From: Yuukianura sp. NJ FZ-2021
Taxonomy: Eukaryota
Direction of reading: 5' to 3'
Length of the DNA stretch: 64,000 nt
NCBI GenBank assembly: GCA_046563655.1
Contig: CM102290.1
Span: 11,222,001-11,286,000 of the forward strand
The notes beneath the pieces were generated by a model. That model was not told the origin of the DNA. It made no database searches and was given only the letters and a program-made list of their open reading frames with translations. Shown here in pieces: positions 53,348 to 64,000 of the stretch. Each line of letters begins with the position of its first letter. Positions within the stretch are counted from its first letter, which is position 1. The position numbers and the translations under genes are program-made.

Positions 53348-53429
53348 AACTAACAAACAGTTCAACATCAACTTTGTAGTCAAAAATGTTCACAATGTTC
53401 AACATATTAAGTTGAACTGTTTGTTAGTT
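53348..53429. other. Perfect 19-bp inverted repeat in the RIM-BP 3' UTR
   Basis: AACTAACAAACAGTTCAAC (53348-53366) and GTTGAACTGTTTGTTAGTT (53411-53429), 44-nt loop, 18 nt past the stop codon. Confidence 0.85.
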
Positions 53430-53447
53430 TAAACTTTTGATGCTCTT

Positions 53448-56400
53448 CTACTCTCCAAGTCCAAATTTCTTGAAAATGAGTTCTTTGCCCTTAGACAAAA
53501 AGGAGTCAACGCCCCCGGCCGGGGCAGGGGCGCCCCCCTCCACGGGGGCTCCACCCACTGCCCCACCACCCCCTCCCCCTCCAGTGTGCGTCAACTCTGA
53601 GAATTTTTGCATAAAGTTATGGGATTCACCCGTAAAGACTCCCGGCAGCTTGTTGATGACGCCCCGCCCTGCCCCACCACTCAACAGACTCTTTAGCTTC
53701 CCTGCCCCATCTTCGGCTAAGGGCACGGGCCCTTGGCCCATTTGTGACGGAGACGCCTCCTGCGTATCCATGTCCGGCAGAAACTGAGGCACGACGGCAG
53801 GAAGTCCACGGTGGTGTTGGTGCGACGGAAGCTTGGGTCCATGACCAATGTCAGGTCCAATGGCAGTGGACGGAGGTTGTGGGCCCAGTTTCCTTCCTGC
53901 TCCAGGAACAGTTCCAGCCCCACCTCTACCAACGGCCCTCCGACCCACTGCTCCGTCGAAGTGGTTCTTCAGATGGGGCGGCTACAAACCACAAATCACA
54001 ACAATCGTTAGCTTAGAAATGGAGGTTTTGAAAAATTTTGGGCTAGTTAGGACCCACTTGTGGTAATTTCTGAAGCCCTGCGATACTAAAACCTACTACG
54101 ACACGTAAATGACGCATGAGCTACTGTTGACAACTTTAAATTAACTAATCAGAATTAATACTATATTAATATAACTAATTTCAACATTTTTGTTCACATT
54201 TGGCTTCACTTTGTTGTTAAATTTTTTTTTCAAGTTCCTGAAGATTGTGTTTTTCAAAAATCTTAAAGAATGACACTGCAGTTGGAGAAAAATATCAAAT
54301 GGAATTGGATGAAAGTTCTGTTTTCATAAAATTTTGGAATTTATGGAAGGTTTCTACTTTCAAGAAATAATTTCATGAAGTGTGTGGTCGTCAAAAAACA
54401 AAACTTAGCATTTTCAAAAAAAAAAGTTGAATTTTTTTTTTTGAATTTTTGCAGTGTGTTTTGAAACTTGTTTTCAAGCTTAAAATGAGCAAAATGATAA
54501 ATTTTTAAAATCTATGCAGCTCATACGCCATGTCACACCCCTAATGGGGGTCGTGTCGCTACACTCTTAAGTTCTGTTATTCTCTGCTAACAACTGAATT
54601 TTCTTGACTACCTACGTTAGCGTTAGTAACGCAATTAGGACAGCATTTCTTGTAATTGTAGCAAAATGATAAATCCTAAGCTAAGAACAACCAAGTTAAT
54701 TGCTTTCATTTCTGTTTCCTCATGTTCAAGTGAAATGCGTCATCCAAGGTCGCTAAGACCCTGCGCAATGGGCCTTAGGGTCCTTGGACTTGTGCGAGCA
54801 AAAGTGCCTGCGGGTGAGGCCATGGCCAGTGTAAAGGTCAAAGGTCATTGAGAAAAAAGAGAGGGAAACACAATGAAAGCCGAGCGATGGATATAGTACG
54901 GGGTTAAAAGCCTAAAGAGAAGAAAAAAAGTTTTGCAAAAAGCTGTGAGGGTGGGGGTGAAAGTGCTGGCGGGCTTTTGCGTGAGGGGGTGGTGGGTCTG
55001 GCTTTTGGTGGGTTTTGGAATGATTTGTGGCTTACCTGATGGGAGGCCGGGTGATCGATAGGATAAGCAGCATCTAGAAAAGGCAGCGGCGTACAGAGAT
55101 AGAGAGATTTTCAAAATAGAAATTTGTGGAAAATCAACATAGGTTTTTAAGAAAACTCAAAATTTGAAAAATTAAAAAAGACATGACATCAATTGAGAGG
55201 CAGAAATGCGGCGAGTGGGGATTTGTTTAAATGCGAATTTGAAAGTTTCCGCCTAACTTTTTGTGGACTTTTTTTAAAATTTCGTACTGTTGAGCTCTTG
55301 ATAGGCCAAAGGTTACCTTCCCTGCTTATTTAAAAAAAGGTTTTGTTTTTTTGAAATTCAAGCTTTTTGAAAAAGTGTATAAAAAGGGGTAATAAAAAGA
55401 AGCTTTTTAAGAGAGAGGGGTAAACTATGGAGAAGAAAGAGAAAGAGAGTAGAGAAAATTCAAGCCCAGCGAATCACAAGAGGCGGAAGAATCATTCAAC
55501 CAATGTTCAATCTGCATTTCATTTTTTAAATTTTTTCAAAATTTTTAAAACGTTTTTTTAAAGAAAATTTTATAGTTTTGAATGTTTATGTATCATTTAC
55601 TACCAATTCTTGAGCGGTATTTGATTTTAAAATATTTCGTATAGCCTTTGAAGTATTTTTTTCGATTGTAAAACAAAGGCGCAAGGGTTGAAATGTTTTT
55701 TTTGCAATTTTGAACTGTAAAAAAATGCAAAAAGTGAAAGCAAGCGGAAAAAGTTTGTTTTTACCTTGAACCTTTCTTCGCGGATCCATTTCCTGTTGTC
55801 GGACAGGGGGCCCTTGGCCGTCCCTTCGAGTACCTACGGCTTCACGCGGAGGGGGTGGTGGTCCCCTAGCACCCGCTCCAGGGCCTGGCCCCCTCCTGCC
55901 CCCTCCCCCCTCTGGAACCCCTCCCCCACTAGATGTGGATGGACCAAGGTGATGCTGGGGGGCTGTTGAGGGGGGCATACTACTTCCAGACCCACCGCGG
56001 CGGCGCTCATACTCTGCTGGAGCTTCAGTCAGGAAGTTGGATGGGACGAGACCTCTCATCCCATTGAGTTCTCCCATGTAAAACCCGTCGTCATCTTTGT
56101 CACCGTACACGTAAATAATTTCACCGGTGAGGAAAGACAGTTCGACCTGTTTCGTAAAAATGTTCATTATGATATTCATATTGGAATATTTTACAGGTCA
56201 AAGGTCATACTTCTGAGTCCACATTGGGTGACAACTCCTGCGGGTCATAGTCGTAGAGAGCCACCATTCTTTTCATTGGCATGTTGGCATAAATGTCACC
56301 CCAGCGATCCCGCCCCATGGCTCGTCGCTCCCGTCCACTTACAAGGCCACCTTCTCCACCCTCCTCAAATTTTCAAAAAACGAAGTTAGAAAAATTATTT

Positions 56401-59400
56401 TCAGAAATTCCCTGGAAAAAAAAACTTGATACCATTTCATGTCCTGGTCTCTCATCGTCTGGATGCATTTCGGAAACCATGTTGCATGGAACGTAGCCTC
56501 GACGCCCGTTGGCCTCACCCCAGTAAAAACCATCCATGTCTTTCTCTCCATAAATCTGGCGTTTCAAAAAAACTATTTTTGAAAAATCTTCATTTTTTAA
56601 AAATTTTGTTTTGTTGAAAGAGGAACCTTGATAGTTTGTCCCTCGCGGAAAGGCAGTTCTTCGTCACAGGCATCTGGATTCGGTGACATATTGGGTGGAT
56701 CATAGTCAAAGAGAGCCACGAAAAGGCGTTGACGAATCTGGTCAGCGGGTTTGCGTGGAGCCTGAGGTCGGTGAGCTCCACGTCCTCTGATTGGTGGAGG
56801 TGGTCCATGGGGCATATTGGAATGTGGCTGGACATGGTAGTCGTCATGGGGGCGGTGAGAGGGAGGGGGTGGAGGGGGGCCTTGGTAGTGCCCTCGGGCA
56901 GTCGAAGGTCGGTCTCCCATGTAGGTAGGTTGGTGCGGATGACTTTGGCGGGATTGTCTCCATCTCATGCTGCGTGGGTCTGATGTGACCTCTGTGACAC
57001 AGAAAACAATACTTTTTGAAAAATTTTCAACTTAAAACAAAAACGACAAGTTCTTAAGAATTTTTGAAATTTGTACCAATGGAGGGAACACTTTGTTGTG
57101 GATAGCCGGAGTCTCGGTCACTAAAACTCTCGTCACCTTCTAAGGAAGAACCGCCATGGCGCATGGGCATTGAAGAACCTCTTTTCATATAACTATTTTG
57201 CATCTGAAACATAAAATATGAACGTTGTTTACAAAATTTTGGTGGAAAAATTGAAATTTTCAAAATTCATGAAAGTTTAAGAATTCCCGCACTGACCATT
57301 CTCCCTTGTCTTCTACTTCCACGTAGGACTTGAGGCGATATTGGTATGGGAATACTGTCAGACGAAAGACTGTCACGTGATTTGGTTCTCACGGTTACTT
57401 GCTTTGGAATCATTCCTTGAAATCGGTTCAGGTCTAACAAAGCATGGTCTCCTGCTGGTTCACAAGTTTTACATTAATTACAACCACTAATCAAAATTTT
57501 TAAAGCTTTGAAAATTATTTGTCAATTTTTTGAATTTTTTTTCTTTTTACGCTTTTTGGTAAAACATAAAAGTTTCCCGAAACAGAATTAGTCAAAAACG
57601 TGTGAATCTGGAGAGTTTTCCTACCTGAAGGGCTATCAATTTCAAGTATTTTTCTTCCGTCAGCGAAAATGGCGTATCCAGTGACGACTGCGCCGTTGGA
57701 CGTTCCAGCCGTGACTGGATTCCATGTGACGAGGAGTGTGTTGTCCTGCGGTCCAGGTTCTACTTGGACGTCAACAGGAGGGTCAGGTAGGTTGGTTAGA
57801 TCTAATCCTAGTCAAAATTCGAAGTTAGTTGACTTTAACTACATTTAAATGTTGTGTCGTAACACATAATGTGAATGGCTAAATTGAAAATGGGGCCAAA
57901 ACGTTACCTTTTGGCAGAGTACGAAACTCGGTGTGAGCAGAGAGCTTCTCCATTTGTTTGATATTTTTCTCATCAAAGTGAGGAGGAGCTCGGACATTCT
58001 TGGATCGAACAGTGACACGATACGTTGTATTTGGCGTTAGCACTGCAAAACACAAAATTTAAAATAGGGCCAAAATTTCATAAAATTCATATTAAAACGT
58101 TGTGAAAAGTACCCGTAATTGCATGACGATAAACTCCTGGTTTGACGTTCCTCACTTCCACGTTGTTGACACTGACGACATGATGGTAGTTGCTGTTACT
58201 TGGAAGCCAGGAAATTACTGCCGAAGTGCTCGTGATGTGCGTCACTCGAACACAGGAAGGACACAGTGGAACATCTTTTCCAATGATCATTGTGCAGGCG
58301 GCGTCACGTGACGTACGACGATTTGGCGTTACGGCTCTAACGCTGATCCGATGTGGCTACATCCAAAACAAAACTAATCAGCATGCCGTCAACCTCGTTT
58401 CATAACAAAACATTACTTTATCCAGCATGACGTTACATAACAAAGTGACTCAACAAATTAACATAACAAAACAACACGACGTAACTTTAATATAACAACA
58501 AAAGAACATAACAATTGACATAACACAACGTTAACATTAACACAACAGATGAACAAAACATAACTTCGCCATACTACATTACTCACACTACCGCAACGAC
58601 ACAAACGAAATTTAGCGCAACACATCATAACCTAGGGGAAGGAGGGATTTGAAAGCCGGGAAATTTCGAAATACTGCTTCCAAAAATCAAATATTTGAAA
58701 AAATGGGGGGAAGGTGCAGTAAATTCAAAAGTAAGGCTAAGGCGCCAAAATTCAAACTCACCCTGTTGGCATCGACTCCTTCGATGAGGGCTCTGGTCCG
58801 CTCATTGGCCTTGACCGTGCAGCGGAGAAGGCCGTTGACGTAGACTTGGTAGATTTCAATGGTGCCTGGTGGGGCTCCCTCTGGCGGAGTCCAGGAGATG
58901 AGAATACTTTTGTTGAGCTGACGCTCCAGCGTCAATTGCTGTGGTGGAGGTACTAGCACCGAGAAGAGAAGGTCTATAAGTAAAGGCGCGTCTAGTATAA
59001 TACTGAGAAGCCAAACTACTCTACTTCTGACCTAAGGACACTCAAAGGTCAAAGGAAATGCTCCAACTTTCTTACAAATTCAATTAAAAACTTCAGGAAA
59101 CCACAAGAATCAAAATAAGAAAGAAAGTGAGCAAGCTGGCAGCTTGGAGTATTTCCTTTCCCCCTGTTTTTCAAAAACAAAAAAAAAATCGAAAAATCAA
59201 AAAAAAATGGAAACTTGGAAACCGTACCAAATCTGTCGCCGTCATCTTCCGTCACATCCTCCAAGTTCAAGTAACTGTAGTCCGACTCTTGGCGACGATT
59301 CATCAGCTCTTCTAAAAAGAAACATCAACATTCAATGAACACGGAAAAAACTGAATTGAAGACAAAAGTAGATTGGCTTTTGTTTTTTTACACGCTGCCC

Positions 59401-62400
59401 ACTCTTAAACAACAACAAGTGGGCGTAAAATTTTTCCAGGAAAAAGTTGATGGAGATCAGGTTTAAAAATAGGCGGGAAGTTTGTCATGACACGCCATGA
59501 CAAAAGTGAAAATGGACCAAAACCGTACAAATCTTGAACAAGGAAGAGTTATACCCATGATGAGACGTTGTGACTCGTCTTGTGTCGCTTCCTGATGGAA
59601 GTTGTGATGCTGGTGATTGGTTGACGGGAGACCAACAGCATGTTGTGGATCCTTGACACCCAGAACCACTTGTTGATGAAATTCTAGCAAGTCTTCACCA
59701 ACTAGTCGCTCGACATAGTTTGAAGGCACAAGCCCACGGCGTCCATCCAGAAGTTCACCATCTAGGAACCCATCCTGGAAAAAATCAAATGTTATCTTCC
59801 ATAAAAGCCTAAAAGTCTGGATTAAGATTACGTTAAGTTTCAATTACCTCATCCATTGAACCCCAGACGAGAACGTAATCTCCGGCATTGAGGTACAATT
59901 CTGCTTCTGGATTCTCATTGGGTGACTGCTGAAAGGGGTCATAGGAGTAGCGAGCGATGTAGACAAAGCACCGTCCTTTTTCTGGAATGTCCAGCACATC
60001 AACACTGGAATGATCCAACATCACAGGAAGCGTCTTCCCTAGTACAATGTGACTACCGTTCAGAAGGCGAGTTCTCTCTACAAAAACAGTAAAACCGAGG
60101 TTAGGTCATGAACAAAGGCCGGAAATGAAAGCTCCAAAAACGCCGTTTTAAGAACTTTAAAATCGCTAAAAAAAATATGCCGAAAATAGTCCCAAACAAG
60201 TTAAAAAAAATACAAACAAAAACCTGGAAATTTATTGAATATCATTTGATGTAGCAAATCCAAAATGTGACATATGGCTGTTTCGAAGTTTTCCACAGTT
60301 ATATTTTGCACTTTGCAGACAAAATTGGCACGAAATGAAGTTTTAAAGAAAAAAAACCTTCAGAACACACAATTTCAACCATCAACTTTTGACGGAAACT
60401 GAGTTTTCACGAGACAAATCAAAAACCATGGGAAAATTCCGGCAGAACAATAGACTACAAAATTTTAAAAAATTGTTCGAAAAAGATGGATCTTAATATT
60501 TAAAATGGTTCATCCTAAAAAAATAGTTTATAATTTTTAAAGGTTTTAAAGATTTTAAAGTCTTAAAAAAAAGATTTATCTTAATTTTCCGGCCTATGAT
60601 TATGAAATTCCCTGTGAAACATTGTGATGAAAATGTGATATTTTTGAAATTTTGAGGTCAAGGTCGCATACCTTGCTCCTTGAGGTCAATCGGGTGGTGG
60701 TGCTGGGCCGTTGTGATGATGGTGGGAATGGACAGGGCTCCAGACGAGAACAAGTTGGAGGTATTGGATCGACTGGCAGCGGCAGCAGTGGCAAACGACT
60801 GTTGTCCACTTGGTCCCGAAGTTGTCGTGCCCTGGAGAAACGTTGTTCCAGCCGGTAAGTAAACGTTACTCGGAAGAATCGCTGTGGCAAAGGTGGGTTG
60901 ATGCTGGAGAAAGGCGTTGGAGGTCAAGGGGTGACCTTGTGACCCCAGGAGGCTACGACCATCTTGGGTCAGATCTCGCGACGACAGGGGTTGACCTGAC
61001 ACTACAAACAACAGCAAAAGCAAACAGAAAATATCATTTTAGTTTATAAAAAGTTTCAATTTCAAAATGTTAACCGCAATTTCAATCTTCATTTGGAATT
61101 GGCAGATTCGTCCAAAAAGTATAGGTATCAATTTTTCAAAATTTCAACCTTCAAAATACAATGAATTCAAAATTGGACCGCTTTTGTGAACCAAACCTGA
61201 CAAAAAACGTCTTAAACAAAGATTGATATTGCCAGTTTTTTTTGTTCAAAACAAAATTTGAAAATGCTTAACAAATTTCTAACTGTTAGTGTAGTAGTGA
61301 AGATGCACAAAATTTAAGTGATCAAGTGAACCAAGCGTTTCAAATTCAAGCGCTGAATTTGTACCAGCGTTTGTCACGGTTACGCCGCTGTCACAGCACT
61401 GGAGCATTACAACGTGAAAGCATTGACTTTTGAAGCAGCGGGAGATACATGATGAGAGACATTCAACAGAAAGAGAAAGTGACAAGGGATGCGTGAAAGG
61501 CTTTCTTTTCCAGTCAAATTCACGACGACGCGAGACGCGACGTGGAAAAAAAGTTTTCGCGTAAATCAGTTCCAAGGATAACATGGACAAATTAGGGTCA
61601 CGTGAGGAACAGGTCAGAGGTCAAAGGTCATGCAGAGGTCATTCTGGCGACATTACTAATATAAACGTGTGGTGAGTTCTGATTGGCTAAAAGAATTCCA
61701 CTAGCTAAACTAAGTTGCTTTTGCTGCTGCTCTTTTACTAAACAAAGCCTAACTATAAACTAAAGTTAACATTCAATTTATGCTCATTTTCAAAATGAAC
61801 AAAATTTTTCAAAATTTTAGAGAAAAAAGTATTACAAAAACATTCTCAATTTTCTTGGATGCTTTCTGATGCTGTTTCTACTCTAAGCTTGTTGCACTTT
61901 GTCATTCGAACACTAATAAGAGCAACTTTTCTAAACAAAAAAGATTTATATAAAAAAAGAGTCTAATCTAATTTAATTGGCAAATATTTTGAAACTTAAA
62001 AACACAAATTAGACAATCAAAAAAAGAAACGAAAGTTGTTTTTTTTTGCCTTTTCTAAAAAACAAAGTTTAATCCTTCTTACTTTCTGACTCAACCCTGA
62101 TTTTCGGTATTTGAAAATTGGCTCTTTTTCCGGCAGATGAAGGTTTTTTGGGCAAAGTTCGTCTACGAGAGCCTGCTGTGGATGCTGACTGATGCTCTTG
62201 AGGATGATGGTGGTGTCGATGAGGTAATTGGTGTGAATTACTCGTACTAATTACCCCACCCACTGTTAAAACAAAACAAGGGCAGTTCAGAAGAAGAACA
62301 AGAAAAAGTCCAGGAAATGGGTGGCAACCAAGCCATAACCACGCCTCCTGCTGAGGAACAACAATTTCGCACTTCCATTGTTGCAAAAAACAGGTTAGGT

Positions 62401-63806
62401 TTTTTAAAAAACCGAAAATACAGAAATGGAGGGCTAAGGATTGAAAGCAAAATCAGAAAACAAGTTGCTAAAACATTCAAAAGTTATTCTGTAATTGACA
62501 AAAAAGATACCAGTTTTCAGTAAGGTTTTCTAAATGTTTGTCTAAAGTTACTAAATTTTCTAAATACTAAGAAAATGTAGGAAAATAATTTCTAAATTTA
62601 GCTGCTCACGGTTTGGCTCAATTTTTGAACTTTAAAGAAAGTTCAAATTTGGTTTTCAGAGAAAAAATGGAATTTTCTAAACAGTATTTGAGGAAAACCT
62701 AAGAAAGTTATGAAAATGGCGCCTGAAACTCACCTCCCGTCCGCTTCTCCAACTCTGCCAGTATTTTATTATCTTGTTGAATTTTGGCAATGATTCGCTC
62801 AATCTCATTTGAAGTGGTTGTTGTGGCTGTGGTGGGGCCGTGGCGGCGATGCTGCCCGGCCCCACCCACCCCTTCTCCTGGCCGTGTCAGGGGAAAGTGA
62901 GCCAGGTCGGTGACGGACGTACTGCGTCGAATCCGTTTCCGCGTGCCGGCTCTCGTTGGTGGTGACGACGACGACAGTTTGTGGTGGTGGTGGTGCGTGG
63001 AACTGCTGGTGGCTGGTCGAGGCAGAGAGTGTGAAATCCCAGAGGGCATGAAGGAGTGTGCACGAGAGTAGGCAGAGTCATGCAAAAGCAGTGGGTGCTC
63101 GTGCTTAGAAATGTTCGTGACCTCAGTGGAGCCCCCTTGACCTGTGGGATCCAAGTACAGTAATAAGACGGGTTAGAGCCTTCAGGGGTCATCTACGTCC
63201 TTGGACGACAGGAAGTAGAGGAGGAAGTGACGATGGCTTGTGCCTAGCTTTGTAAAAGTGCAAGAGCTCACCGCGTGATGACGAGAAGAACCTTGCGTAG
63301 AGTCCATCTTGACTCTGGTCGCCAAGGGCAGAACTGAGGCCAGGTACGGGCGTTGGAGTTGAAATGCATTCGGTTCTACTCATAGCAGAATCTGGAACAA
63401 ACCGAATCAGCCAAGGTTAGTTTCCAAAAACACAGTTTTTTTTTAAAGTTTGTTTTAAAAATGTAATTTAAAAACGTTTTAATATTTCCGAAAAGCAGAA
63501 CTGAACAAATACTGAATTGGGCAGAAAAACTAAATCATATTATGAAAACTGATTTTAGATTAGGTTGTTAGGTTAACATTTACCTGGACTTGAGCAGAGC
63601 GGTGAGTCTGGAAGAGACTCGTTTTGTCCGAGAGAGGAATGACGAGAGTGAGAGGATGAGGCACGTTGAGCTCCAGGCCCCACCGTTCCCGCCGTCGAGG
63701 TGGTGGGGCCCTGCTGAGCCCTCTTTAGAGCTGCCATCTCCAGCATCAACTCCTCGTGCCGAACGTTCTGGAGTTCCGTCTTCTTGTCCAACTCACGGAT
63801 TTTGGA
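53448..63806 (-). CDS. Rbp: RIM-binding protein (RIMBP2/Drosophila Rbp homologue), presynaptic active-zone scaffold; 5' part lies beyond the window
   Basis: Hand-assembled exons on the minus strand: 63806-63584, 63391-63272, 63141-62734, 62262-62083, ~60995-60672, 60077-59848, 59774-59555, 59311-59228, 58973-58762, 58356-58113, 58042-57908, 57801-57625, 57451-57297, 57203-57077, 56991-56627, 56555-56433, 56363-56211, 56146-55765, 55073-55036, 53981-53448. Coiled coil ([23 protein letters not shown]). SH3 ([20 protein letters not shown]...GLVPSNYV). Three FN3 domains ([62 protein letters not shown]). Two further SH3 ([15 protein letters not shown]..., [15 protein letters not shown]...GLVPSNFL). 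C-terminus [13 protein letters not shown]. Boundaries of low-complexity exons are less certain. Confidence 0.93.
54099..54558. mobile_element. Possible decayed MITE in the last RIM-BP intron
   Basis: Patchy inverted repeats: CGACACG (54099-54105) with CGTGTCG (54552-54558), and ATGACGCATGAGCT (54109-54122) with AGCTCATACGCCAT (54518-54531). No clear TSD. Confidence 0.3.
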
Positions 63807-64000
63807 CTAGAACAGCAGAAAGAATTTGTCAAGTTATTCAAGTTTTAGGCAAAAGTTTCATTTTTGTAAAATTTAGACCGTACAACAATTTTTTTAGTCT
63901 TCCAAATGTCTAAAGTTCTAAATCTAGCAAATCTATTCAAAAATTCAATCTCGCGTGGTCAAGATTTTTTATGGCGCCAAATTTCAAATCCGTACGTTCA

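Noticed and set aside
53424..53450. Stop-codon readthrough of RIM-BP stimulated by the downstream stem
   Set aside because: UAG-A is a poor readthrough context and an in-frame TAA follows after seven codons.
53437..63913. Plus-strand ORFs over the RIM-BP locus
   Set aside because: Antisense or intronic shadows of GC-rich RIM-BP exons; no independent motifs.

Overview
Eukaryotic genomic DNA, probably arthropod (short AT-rich GT-AG introns of about 53-100 nt; a springtail-like hexapod is a guess, not established). Bases 1-40608 are one AT-rich 59-bp tandem satellite of about 688 copies. It has a near-invariant core, recurring multi-monomer variant words and a diverged right edge. The edge abuts a small hairpin, a Helitron-end-like 100-bp module present twice, and a 44-bp minisatellite. 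The remaining ~23 kb holds three spliced genes that I assembled by hand: a 7-exon C6orf89/BRAP-like gene (+, 360 aa), a 3-exon secreted astacin-like metalloprotease fused to two DM9 repeats (+, 363 aa), and the 3' part of RIM-binding protein (-, SH3-FN3x3-SH3-SH3, continuing beyond the window). Between the genes are an inverted ~25-copy island of the same satellite bracketed by GC-rich 64-bp direct repeats, a hAT-type MITE, a pogo/Tc1-type MITE and a Helitron 3' end. The most notable items are the astacin-DM9 fusion lacking the Met-turn and propeptide, the satellite cassette, the concentration of satellite variation at one 3-nt site, and a sense-strand-biased intronic TGACCTTTGACC motif. All counts and alignments were done by eye; no database searches were run.
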